Positions 8,160 to 15,890 of a DNA stretch of 55,717 nucleotides are shown here, one piece after another. Within the stretch, counting starts at the first letter, position 1. Each line of letters starts with the position of its first letter. A program made the position numbers and the translations under genes. Location of the stretch: positions 1 to 55,717 of the forward strand of contig JAPLWV010000026.1 of NCBI GenBank assembly GCA_026396385.1, written 5' to 3'. A model generated the notes under the pieces. It was given only the letters and a program-made list of their open reading frames with translations. It had not been told where the DNA came from and did no database searches. This stretch comes from Candidatus Micrarchaeota archaeon. Its GTDB lineage: Archaea; Micrarchaeota; Micrarchaeia; Burarchaeales; Fermentimicrarchaeaceae.

Positions 8160-10013
8160 ATGAAATTATATGAAGGAGATTTAGAGCAATTCAGAGAAGA
8201 CGTTCTTAATAATAGAATCGCAGATATAATGCGGAATAAAGCCAATGAGTATAAAGTAAATGTTAGCAGATCCGAGTATAGGTCTTGGCAGATTTCTCCA
8301 AGAGTCTTTAAAGATGCAGTTTCTCAGCTCCATAATAACAAGATTATACTCGAATACAGATTCCCTAACTATGGCGGAAGAATAGACGTCATTCTTTTTG
8401 GTAAGCATAACGGGTCGGACCAGGTAGTCATTACAGAATTGAAGCAATGGTCAAATGATAGTGTAAGCGACTGTGAGGATGAGGGAAGCGTGATAGCAGA
8501 GATTAATGGGCATATGGTGAAAATGGCTCATCCATCATCACAGGTTGAGGGTTATTACCTTAGCTTAATAGACAACTTACAAGTTTTTGATGAGAAACCA
8601 GAGATAAAATTGCATGCTTCTGCATACTGCCATAACTACTCTAGAGAGAATGACAAGGTGCTATACCAGGATAAATTCAAAGAAATAACCGACAAATATC
8701 CACTATTTACAAAAGAGGACAATGCAAAACTTGGCGAATATCTCAGAGACAGGCTGGTAGACGATAACGGGATAGAAGTCTTTAATCGCTTCGTAAACAG
8801 TCCTGTAAGGCCATCTAAAGGTTTAATACAGCACGTAGGGGACATGATTAACAAGCAACAGATATTTAATTTAATTGACGAGCAGATACCGGCACGCAAT
8901 GCAATTATCAGCAGGGCAAAGGAATTGGCAAAGTCTGGTAAGAAATTCGTGATAATTGTAAAGGGAGGGCCCGGCACTGGAAAGTCTGTCATTGCACTGG
9001 AGACAATGGCAGAACTCCTGAGGAAAGGGAAGAACGTATTTTATGCAACAGGCTCATCCGCATTTACAAATACTCTTAGGAAGGTTGCGGGTAAAAGGGC
9101 AAAAGACAGGTTCAAGTATTTCTTCAGCTTTACGCGTCATAAAGAAAATGAGATTGATGTGCTAGTGTGCGATGAGGCACATAGGCTAAGGAAGAATAGC
9201 GCAGATTACGGAGTTCCTTCCCATCTCAAATCAGAGTTGCCGCAGGTTGAAGACTTGATACGGCCAGCTAGACTAACTGTCTTCTTCATAGATGAGCATC
9301 AGATAGTAAGGCCGAGTGAAGTTGGGGATGTTGCACTGATTAGACAGGCTGCTTTAAAGCTTAATGCTGAAGTAGAGGAATTTGATTTAAAAACTCAATT
9401 TAGATGCGGAGGTTCAGAAGCCTATTTGCAATGGCTGGAGAATACTCTTGGCATAACAGAATCCGAGGTGCGGATGCTGGGTAAAAATGAACAGATGGAA
9501 TTTAAAATATTTGACAGCCCAGAAGCGCTTAGGGATGCGATATACGAGAAGAACAAGGCAAGGCCTAATTTCGCTAGAATCGCAGCAGGTTTCTGCTGGC
9601 CATGGAGTAAGCCGAACGCTGATGGTAGTTTAGTTAATGATGTAAAAATAGGAAGTTTTGAGATGCCGTGGGAGAGGAAGGACGAGTTTTGGAAATGGGC
9701 CACAGATGAGAGCGGAATGGAGCAGGTTGGAACAGTTTATACTGCACAGGGGTTTGAATTTGACTACATTGGGGTTATTTTTGGGAAGGATTTGATTTAT
9801 GACAAGGAGAATAACACTTGGAAGAGCGATCCGAAGAGTTCGCATGACAGCATGATAAAAAGGAATAATGAAACTTTGACAAAACACTTGAAAAACGTAT
9901 ATCGCGTTTTGATGTCAAGGGCGCATAAGGGAGTTTACATCTATTTTATGGATAAGGATACGGAGAACTTCTTTAAGTCTAGAGTAGAAAGCTACAACCC
10001 GCCCCCAAGGTGA
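8160..10013 (+). CDS. DUF2075 (Schlafen group-3-like) nuclease-SF1 helicase
   Basis: N-terminal EY..RIDVIL..ELKQW nuclease motif; Walker A GGPGTGKS; Walker B CDEAH; QFRCGGS, AGFCWPW, QGFEFDY, YRVLMSRA. Confidence 0.88.
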   Translation: MKLYEGDLEQFREDVLNNRIADIMRNKANEYKVNVSRSEYRSWQISPRVFKDAVSQLHNNKIILEYRFPNYGGRIDVILFGKHNGSDQVVITELKQWSNDSVSDCEDEGSVIAEINGHMVKMAHPSSQVEGYYLSLIDNLQVFDEKPEIKLHASAYCHNYSRENDKVLYQDKFKEITDKYPLFTKEDNAKLGEYLRDRLVDDNGIEVFNRFVNSPVRPSKGLIQHVGDMINKQQIFNLIDEQIPARNAIISRAKELAKSGKKFVIIVKGGPGTGKSVIALETMAELLRKGKNVFYATGSSAFTNTLRKVAGKRAKDRFKYFFSFTRHKENEIDVLVCDEAHRLRKNSADYGVPSHLKSELPQVEDLIRPARLTVFFIDEHQIVRPSEVGDVALIRQAALKLNAEVEEFDLKTQFRCGGSEAYLQWLENTLGITESEVRMLGKNEQMEFKIFDSPEALRDAIYEKNKARPNFARIAAGFCWPWSKPNADGSLVNDVKIGSFEMPWERKDEFWKWATDESGMEQVGTVYTAQGFEFDYIGVIFGKDLIYDKENNTWKSDPKSSHDSMIKRNNETLTKHLKNVYRVLMSRAHKGVYIYFMDKDTENFFKSRVESYNPPPR

Positions 10014-10020
10014 GTGAGTA

Positions 10021-10131
10021 AGAATCAATGACGAAATAAACAAAACCGATGCAGAGATAGATGAACTGGTTTATAAATTATATAGGATTACAGATGAAGA
10101 AAAGAAAATAATTAAAGATAGCTTGAAATAG
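10021..10131 (+). pseudogene. C-terminal remnant of a type IIG (Eco57I-like) restriction-modification enzyme
   Basis: RINDEINKTDAEIDELVYKLYRITDEEKKIIKDSLK* matches the typical IDxLVYxLYGLTxEE tail; in-frame stop upstream and no start. Confidence 0.7.
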
Positions 10132-10162
10132 GTTATAAAATATTGCAGTAGATAAGTTAACC

Positions 10163-10639
10163 ATGGCTATTATTTTCGTCGACCAGAGCGGAAAAGTGGA
10201 GAAGACAAATAAGCATACCGTCATAGCGACAAGCGCATCGGAAAAAAAGAGCTATACGGTAATGCTCCCAAGCTATTGGAAGAAGAGAATATGCGAGGAG
10301 ATAAAGCATTATCCCAGTGCTGCCCGCCATAGAAAGGTTCCCACTGTGAAGATTTTCTCGTTCTGCGTCTATCTTGCCATGCCGTATCTCAGAAAAGATG
10401 ATTCAATCGTGATAGATACAGAATATGCGGGCAAATCGAATGAAATCAAAAGCCAGCTTCTGGAACTCATAAGAGGGAAATATCCGGAATTCAAAAAAGA
10501 GCAGATAACCTCCCTCCAGATTGGGAAGGATATATACGTCCACAAGTTAGCAAATGAAACGTACAGGGGCATTAGAAAGCCGGATAAGGTTATAGATGAA
10601 ACAGACTTGTCCAGATTGTTTGGAAAGAAAAAGAACTAA
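10163..10639 (+). CDS. DUF3800-like RNase H-fold protein
   Basis: N-terminal IFVDQSG and internal IVIDTEY acidic motifs; own TATA (TTATAAA ~10133). Confidence 0.6.
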   Translation: MAIIFVDQSGKVEKTNKHTVIATSASEKKSYTVMLPSYWKKRICEEIKHYPSAARHRKVPTVKIFSFCVYLAMPYLRKDDSIVIDTEYAGKSNEIKSQLLELIRGKYPEFKKEQITSLQIGKDIYVHKLANETYRGIRKPDKVIDETDLSRLFGKKKN

Positions 10640-10739
10640 GTGGCTCAGCGGATTTTCGCCGCCTCAAGTGGGTTTACCTTTGCGTCGTAGGCACCTCGAT
10701 TTCTCGAGTGTGTTGGCTACGGATCGGTAAACCAGCCAC
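10640..10739 (+). ncRNA. Putative structured RNA directly downstream of the DUF3800-like gene
   Basis: Nested stems GTGGCT/AGCCAC, GCGG/CCGC, GGTTTACC/GGTAAACC, CGTAG/CTACG, GCAC-CTCGA/TCGAG-GTGT; GC-rich within an AT-rich context. Confidence 0.6.
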
Positions 10740-10800
10740 GTACTAGTATGTGTAAATATATGTATATATACCTTACTGGGAAATATAAACTGGAGTATAT

Positions 10801-10866
10801 ATTACTGGTAACACGCTAGTTTCACGCTAGAATTTCATCAGACTTTTACTAGAGTTTAACCAGTTA
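10801..10866. repeat. Six degenerate 11-bp tandem repeats
   Basis: attactggtaa/cacgctagttt/cacgctagaat/ttcatcagact/tttactagagt/ttaaccagtta. Confidence 0.5.
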
Positions 10867-11169
10867 TGTATAATATAACATCACTGAAATCCTCGAAACC
10901 GTCCGGTTTCTGAAAAAAAGCGGTAAAATCCGGCAGGATAGGCAGTTTTCTCACAATTTCTAAAAAACTCAGAAAAAGCCGGTCTAGACCGGAGAAGCCG
11001 GTTCAGGCGTGAGCCTGCTTTGCCTGCGCCAAAGCGCAGCAAATGGCATTTCGACCGTTTCACGAGGAAGCAGAAAAACAGGTGAAATGGTAAAGCCTGC
11101 TTCAGCGACGACAGCTTATTTTGAACAGGCTACCGTTTCGACCGATTCTACAGACGTATTTTATACCCG

Positions 11170-11230
11170 AACGGAATATGCAGAAATTGACGAACTGGTC
11201 TGCAAGCTGTGCGGGACCACTCGGCTTTAA
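11170..11230 (+). pseudogene. Second, more decayed type IIG R-M C-terminal remnant
   Basis: AEIDELVCKLCGTT resembles AEIDELVYKLYRIT at ~10051. Confidence 0.45.
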
Positions 11231-11489
11231 AAAACAGGGAATCCATAATTCACGCATGGAAATCGCGGAAAGCGGGAAGCCGGAAAAGACAGCCGGTGCA
11301 AAGATGAGGGAGCACCGGAAGCTCCTGGAGAGGAAATTCAAGAGGCGCGAGGAGCTTTCCATGACGGCAGGGAAATGCCAGAAAGGGATGGGCGAAATAA
11401 AATGCTGGCAAAAGAACTGCAGGAAGAAGCTGAGGATCCGGCGCTCAAAGAGATTCAAGAAAAAAGGCTGAAAGGCGGCAAACGTGAGG

Positions 11490-12158
11490 TTATCCCTTCT
11501 TCATTCGCCTGAACTCCGAAAGCTCAACGGGCCTGGCGACCTCTATAAGCCTGTCGATCGCATCATTGATTGACTTCGCGTTTATCCCCATGATGTCGCC
11601 AATCACGTATTCATTCACCGGCCTGCCGGCCTTGTAGCAGGCATGGTATACCGCCGCAGCTGAGAGCGCCATGGGGTCGGAAACGGGCGTTTTCTTCCTC
11701 TTCTCGTATCTGGAGAGAGTGTCTTTCGCAATCCCTGCAACCTCCCCCTCATGCTTCCTGTCCAGCCAGCCGCTCTCCGCCAGGAAAGACACAGCAGAAT
11801 CAACGTAATCGGCCGGCTTCTCTATCATTTTCACATCTGTCATCTTCCTTGCTTTTTGCATCTCAGCCGGATCCACTGTCTGCCATATGTGCGCACCCCT
11901 GAGCAAGTCCACGGGGCATTTGTTGTTGTCCAGGGAGAGCTGCATTGCCACCCTCGCCTGGAGTTTGGGATTCAGGCCAAGCTTCTCAATCTTCTTGTAG
12001 AATTCGGAAGCATCGCCGATAATTGCTGCTATTTTTTCCTTACTCACAAACAATTTTGATTTTCCCTCGTGATAGGACTTAAGGGAGCCTTCAAGCAGCT
12101 TATCAAACGTCCTCGCTGGCGTTTCATCCATCTTCTTAATGGATATGGTTTCGCTCAT
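11490..12158 (-). CDS. Divergent TFB (TFIIB) cyclin-fold protein lacking the Zn ribbon
   Basis: KPADYV....DPMALSAAAVYHACYKAGRPVNEYVIGDIMGINAKSINDAIDRL resembles TFB repeat 2 with its HTH; start ATG 12158. Confidence 0.7.
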   Translation of the reverse strand: MSETISIKKMDETPARTFDKLLEGSLKSYHEGKSKLFVSKEKIAAIIGDASEFYKKIEKLGLNPKLQARVAMQLSLDNNKCPVDLLRGAHIWQTVDPAEMQKARKMTDVKMIEKPADYVDSAVSFLAESGWLDRKHEGEVAGIAKDTLSRYEKRKKTPVSDPMALSAAAVYHACYKAGRPVNEYVIGDIMGINAKSINDAIDRLIEVARPVELSEFRRMKKG

Positions 12159-12172
12159 ATGATCACGACAAT

Positions 12173-12195
12173 ATTGCTCATTTTGAATATTTAAG
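12173..12195 (-). promoter_or_regulatory. Motif B promoter
   Basis: Reverse complement CTTAAATATTCAAAATGAGCAAT. Confidence 0.85.
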
Positions 12196-12263
12196 CATAA
12201 GCCCAAGATGCTTCGGAAATGCCAAGAAAAGCCAAACTTTAGCGCATGATTAATCAAAGAACC

Positions 12264-12764
12264 TCAGTGCTGGATTTTTAGTTTTTTCGCAGCCTGGTTC
12301 TCCTCTTTAATCCTGGCACTCCCCGCTTTTTCCAAGTTTTTAATTTCCTCATCCATTTCATGCACCCCGGCTGCCTTGCCGAAACCGTAACCAATCAGGG
12401 CAACGCCGGCTGCGAATGCAAGCTCCAATGCATTTTGCGGAAGGCCCAGCCTAAGCAGTTCACCCGCGGTTGCCGTAATGCCAACTGCAGCGCATGCAAT
12501 TACCCCGGCAGTTATATAGTTCGCACTGCGCGCAATTTTATCCTTCGCAATCTCCCGCAGCTCTTTTAGCTGCTCCTCAAGCGTCTTTACCTTACTCTCC
12601 ACTTTCTCTTTTAATTTCTGCCCGACTGTTTTCTTCTCGACTACTGTCTCCTTTGGCCCTTTTTGGATAGCCGGAAGCTTTGCAGCTTTAGATGTCCCCT
12701 CAAAGCTGGTTGTTATATCTCCTGAAAATTTATGGGGCTTTTCCTCAACTTTCTTCTCTACCAT
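12264..12764 (-). CDS. Coiled-coil protein with a two-helix hydrophobic hairpin
   Basis: MVEKK start at ATG 12764; hydrophobic segments YITAGVIACAAVGITATAG and LAFAAGVALIGYGFG flanked by charged helices. Confidence 0.8.
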   Translation of the reverse strand: MVEKKVEEKPHKFSGDITTSFEGTSKAAKLPAIQKGPKETVVEKKTVGQKLKEKVESKVKTLEEQLKELREIAKDKIARSANYITAGVIACAAVGITATAGELLRLGLPQNALELAFAAGVALIGYGFGKAAGVHEMDEEIKNLEKAGSARIKEENQAAKKLKIQH

Positions 12765-12778
12765 AAACATCACCACTA

Positions 12779-12803
12779 AAATTGCTCATTTTCAATATTT
12801 AAA
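12779..12803 (-). promoter_or_regulatory. Motif B promoter
   Basis: Reverse complement TTTAAATATTGAAAATGAGCAATTT. Confidence 0.85.
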
Positions 12804-12854
12804 CATAAGCCATAGCTGCTTTACCTTCGTCCTTTTCCAAAATAAGCTTTTAGG

Positions 12855-13289
12855 TTACCCAAGGGGTTGTTTTTCCAGCAATAACTGAGGTACTGTTTTC
12901 CGAATTCTTTTGTTACGTTCCTCCAACTCCTTGTTATGTTCCTTCAGCCATTCTTTTACTTGGGGGTTTTTTAGGAAATCCCCAATCTCTTTTTCCAAAT
13001 TCTTGGGTTCGGCGTTCCACAGGTGGACGGCATCTGAGTAAACTTGGATTTTATTTAATTCTCCACTCTGTGAGAAATCCAACTTGACATCTTGTGCAAG
13101 TTTTTCCTTACCACTAATACGACTACGCCACTGAAGCGTTCCATCGTCCGTAAGATGTATCATTATTTCTCTTGTGTCTCTATCGTTCGTTTTTCCCCAA
13201 CTCAATTCCTTTCCAACCCACGTCCTTTCTTTATTTAGTTCAAGCTTGACACCCTGAAACGTTATCTCTTCCGCCTTCTTTTCTACCAT
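12855..13289 (-). CDS. Hypothetical protein, paralog of 31336-31821
   Basis: MVEKK start at ATG 13289; shares LEL.K...W.G, DV.L.F.Q.G.LN.I, LW.A and VKEWLKE.NK with the 31.3-kb gene. Confidence 0.8.
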   Translation of the reverse strand: MVEKKAEEITFQGVKLELNKERTWVGKELSWGKTNDRDTREIMIHLTDDGTLQWRSRISGKEKLAQDVKLDFSQSGELNKIQVYSDAVHLWNAEPKNLEKEIGDFLKNPQVKEWLKEHNKELEERNKRIRKTVPQLLLEKQPLG

Positions 13290-13303
13290 AAACACCACCA
13301 ATT

Positions 13304-13328
13304 AAATTGCTCATTTTGAGTATTTAAG
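13304..13328 (-). promoter_or_regulatory. Motif B promoter
   Basis: Reverse complement CTTAAATACTCAAAATGAGCAATTT. Confidence 0.85.
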
Positions 13329-13368
13329 CATAACCTCAAGAGACACCTTGGTTTCTTCTAACTCCCTG

Positions 13369-14175
13369 CTATTGCATTTTCTTCTTCTGAGCAAGCTTCA
13401 GGGAATGCTGCGCATCCAAATCGTCGGGGTTAAGCTCAATTACTTTCCTGAAGTCCCGTATAGCCTCGTCATACTCTTCCTTATCGAGATGATCAGTGCC
13501 TCTGTTGTCATAAGCAATCGAGTCAATAACCTCAAGCTTGGAAGTTATGGCATAGATCACACGGCGTTTCTTCGTCAGCCAATCAACAGAGCAATAGCCC
13601 GGCTTTGAGTCTTGGGTTGTTTCAAAGAAGAAATCCTCGGTTCTGATACGTGTATGCTCAGGAACTATAACGAACTCAACCGGCACGCCCAATTCCCTTC
13701 CGACATCAAAGACAAGCGTGGAGCAGTTATCACAAGCCCACAAGCCCTTATCAAGGGACTCATACAGGAAGCCAACCCTGTTCTCTTCGTACTTTACACC
13801 CAAATCATACAAGTTGCCGTATAGTATGCCCCAGATTCCTGTTATGAAATCCTCCTGCAGCTGCTTCTTCCCTTCCTTTGTAAGCCCCTCGTAGGTGTTT
13901 TTGCCAGTCTTAGTGTCATAGCCGGATACTCCTTCCCCCTTCAGTATGCCTGCAACTGAGTCAACCAGGCTCAGGTACATATCTGTATATTTCTCACGCT
14001 TGCTCTGGGGCTTAAATTCCAGATCTACCTTAAGCCTCCTTGCCCCGGCATACCCCTCAGCATCAAAACGCCTTTCGGCATGAGGCGCTCTCCCAAGTTT
14101 ATCAAGCGCCAAATTTGCCCATGGATTCCCTTCCCCTGTCTTTAGTTCATCTGCTGCTTTGTATGCGCCGCCCAT
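13369..14175 (-). CDS. Transglutaminase/papain-like cysteine hydrolase domain + C-terminal TPR
   Basis: WACDNCS (Cys), VIVPEHTRI (His), FFETT; TPR AYDNRG..EYDEAIRDFRKVIELNP; start ATG 14175 or 14190. Confidence 0.7.
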   Translation of the reverse strand: MGGAYKAADELKTGEGNPWANLALDKLGRAPHAERRFDAEGYAGARRLKVDLEFKPQSKREKYTDMYLSLVDSVAGILKGEGVSGYDTKTGKNTYEGLTKEGKKQLQEDFITGIWGILYGNLYDLGVKYEENRVGFLYESLDKGLWACDNCSTLVFDVGRELGVPVEFVIVPEHTRIRTEDFFFETTQDSKPGYCSVDWLTKKRRVIYAITSKLEVIDSIAYDNRGTDHLDKEEYDEAIRDFRKVIELNPDDLDAQHSLKLAQKKKMQ

Positions 14176-14179
14176 GCTG

Positions 14180-14204
14180 AAATTGCTCATTTTCGATATT
14201 TAAA
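14180..14204 (-). promoter_or_regulatory. Motif B promoter
   Basis: Reverse complement TTTAAATATCGAAAATGAGCAATTT. Confidence 0.85.
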
Positions 14205-14225
14205 GTCAGTGCCAAGGGAAACCGC

Positions 14226-15032
14226 TCACCCTTCGTCAGCCACTTCATCCTGTCTTTTAATCCACTTTTCGTAGGTTATGACTCCCCCAGCGGTTGCGTG
14301 CCTTACGTCTAGTAATTTTGCGTTTATGTTCCTCTCCGCACGTACGTCCCTTGCGCGTAGTGCCCCGCTTACGATTACATCCCTCCCCGCGTGTACGTCC
14401 CCGTCCGTGAGTATACGCTCCATGGTTATGTCCCCTCCTGCGCTTATGCTCCTGTCGTCACTGTCTACGTTTAGCCAGGAATCACTGTGTGCGTATATGT
14501 TCCGTCCGCGTATGTTTCCCCCTACATTCATGTGCCTATAAATTATGTCTCCTACTGTTACGTCTCCGTCCACTTGTACGTCCTCTCCGTCCATGTTTCC
14601 CCCTGCGGTTACGTTTCCTCTTATGTTTGTTTTCCCCCCCATTACGTCAAAATACGCTGTTACGTCTCCTCCCACGCTTAGGCCATATACTGCCATTACG
14701 CTGCTCATTGAGGTTATGTTCCCCCCTACGATTATGTGATTTGCGTTTACCACGTCCCCTGCGTGCATGTTCCCCCCTACGTTTAGGTCCCCCATCACTG
14801 CGTATCCCTCTAAGGTTAAGTTGCCTTTGACTGTCAGGTTAAATCTCTCCTTCCCCCGAATTTCGCCCTTCACTATCAGGTCCCCATCCACCACCATGTC
14901 CTTCTCCAATATCAGGTCTCCCTTTATGACTATCGCTCCACTATTCTTCCTTTCGTCTATTTTCGGGATTTTTTTAATCTTGTCCGTAATGTCTTTCTTA
15001 ATGTCTTCATTCGTTCTCACTTTTTCTACCAT
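14226..15032 (-). CDS. Beta-helix repeat protein (bactofilin-like [VI]xG[ND][IV]xA repeats)
   Basis: MVEKV start at ATG 15032; many VGGNI/VDGDV/AGGDI repeats. Confidence 0.78.
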   Translation of the reverse strand: MVEKVRTNEDIKKDITDKIKKIPKIDERKNSGAIVIKGDLILEKDMVVDGDLIVKGEIRGKERFNLTVKGNLTLEGYAVMGDLNVGGNMHAGDVVNANHIIVGGNITSMSSVMAVYGLSVGGDVTAYFDVMGGKTNIRGNVTAGGNMDGEDVQVDGDVTVGDIIYRHMNVGGNIRGRNIYAHSDSWLNVDSDDRSISAGGDITMERILTDGDVHAGRDVIVSGALRARDVRAERNINAKLLDVRHATAGGVITYEKWIKRQDEVADEG

Positions 15033-15046
15033 AAACATCAACATTA

Positions 15047-15071
15047 AAATTGCTCATTTTTGATATTTAAA
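15047..15071 (-). promoter_or_regulatory. Motif B promoter
   Basis: Reverse complement TTTAAATATCAAAAATGAGCAATTT. Confidence 0.85.
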
Positions 15072-15157
15072 ATCAGCACCCAGAGAAACCAAATGGATTT
15101 CTCTTTCAAATCCAGCCCAGTCCATGGAAGAATTTACTTCATAAAAATACTTGGAGA

Positions 15158-15646
15158 CTAAACCCTAATTTCGTCCGTAAGTAGAAGAGTATTATTGATT
15201 CTTGTAAATACGAACCTCCTACTGCACCTCTTGCATTGAACTTCGCAAAAGTCAGGGGATAGCCTAAAACCCACTTTATGCCCCCATGTGACTTTTTTTA
15301 TCTTTTCGTTGCATGATGGGCACTTAACATTCTCCAACATCCAGTTGCTTATAGGACGGAAGAGAAAGGGAGCAAAGCGAGTAAACGAAAACAGAAAGAT
15401 AACCGCTTCTAATAGTAATAAGCCGTATATGATATCAGTTTGTTGAGATAAAGGAATAGCCGACCAAGAAAGCAGAGCAACTATAAGCAGAAGAGGCAAC
15501 AATAACAAAACAAGCAGATTAAGATAATACCTAAAAAATGCATTCGATGGTATCATATAATGCACAGTCCTCTTCCAGTCCCGGCCTCCCCAAAAAGTCG
15601 CTATTGCCGCAACATTCATCGAATCTTTAAGTTCCTTTTCGTTCAT
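15158..15646 (-). CDS. Membrane protein with C-terminal Zn ribbon
   Basis: Two TM segments followed by CPSC...CKRC. Confidence 0.7.
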   Translation of the reverse strand: MNEKELKDSMNVAAIATFWGGRDWKRTVHYMIPSNAFFRYYLNLLVLLLLPLLLIVALLSWSAIPLSQQTDIIYGLLLLEAVIFLFSFTRFAPFLFRPISNWMLENVKCPSCNEKIKKVTWGHKVGFRLSPDFCEVQCKRCSRRFVFTRINNTLLLTDEIRV

Positions 15647-15693
15647 GATAATCCACCAGACTAGCGTTAATATTTTTGTATATATTAACTTTG

Positions 15694-15755
15694 CTACCTT
15701 GCCAACCTAATATCCTCAGCCGTAACCGTCTTCCTGCATGCTTCGCCAGCTTCAC
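15694..15755 (-). pseudogene. Archaeal histone C-terminal remnant (frameshifted)
   Basis: Reverse complement reads VKLAKHAGR, frameshift, TVTAEDIRLAR*; this is the HMf-family AKHAGRKTVxAEDI signature. Confidence 0.75.
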
Positions 15756-15760
15756 CGAAT

Positions 15761-15785
15761 AAATTGCTAATTTCCGATATTTAAA
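15761..15785 (-). promoter_or_regulatory. Motif B promoter (variant)
   Basis: Reverse complement TTTAAATATCGGAAATTAGCAATTT. Confidence 0.7.
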
Positions 15786-15890
15786 GGAATGTTCGGAATG
15801 CGGAAAACACATTAATAAATATTGCTTGCATAAATCTAATGCTCGAGAGGTGAAGCAGAGTTAATCGGTTAGTTTGCGGAATCTACGAGA

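Noticed and set aside
11009..11471. Overlapping short ORFs (11009-11230, 11121-11471, 11102-11458)
   Set aside because: No recognisable family or clear start signals; the region looks like decayed sequence, so only the R-M-like peptide was kept
125..15785. Motif A/B repeats as a CRISPR array or integron attC sites
   Set aside because: Spacing is gene-sized and irregular, the repeats are not palindromic, and no cas or integrase gene is present
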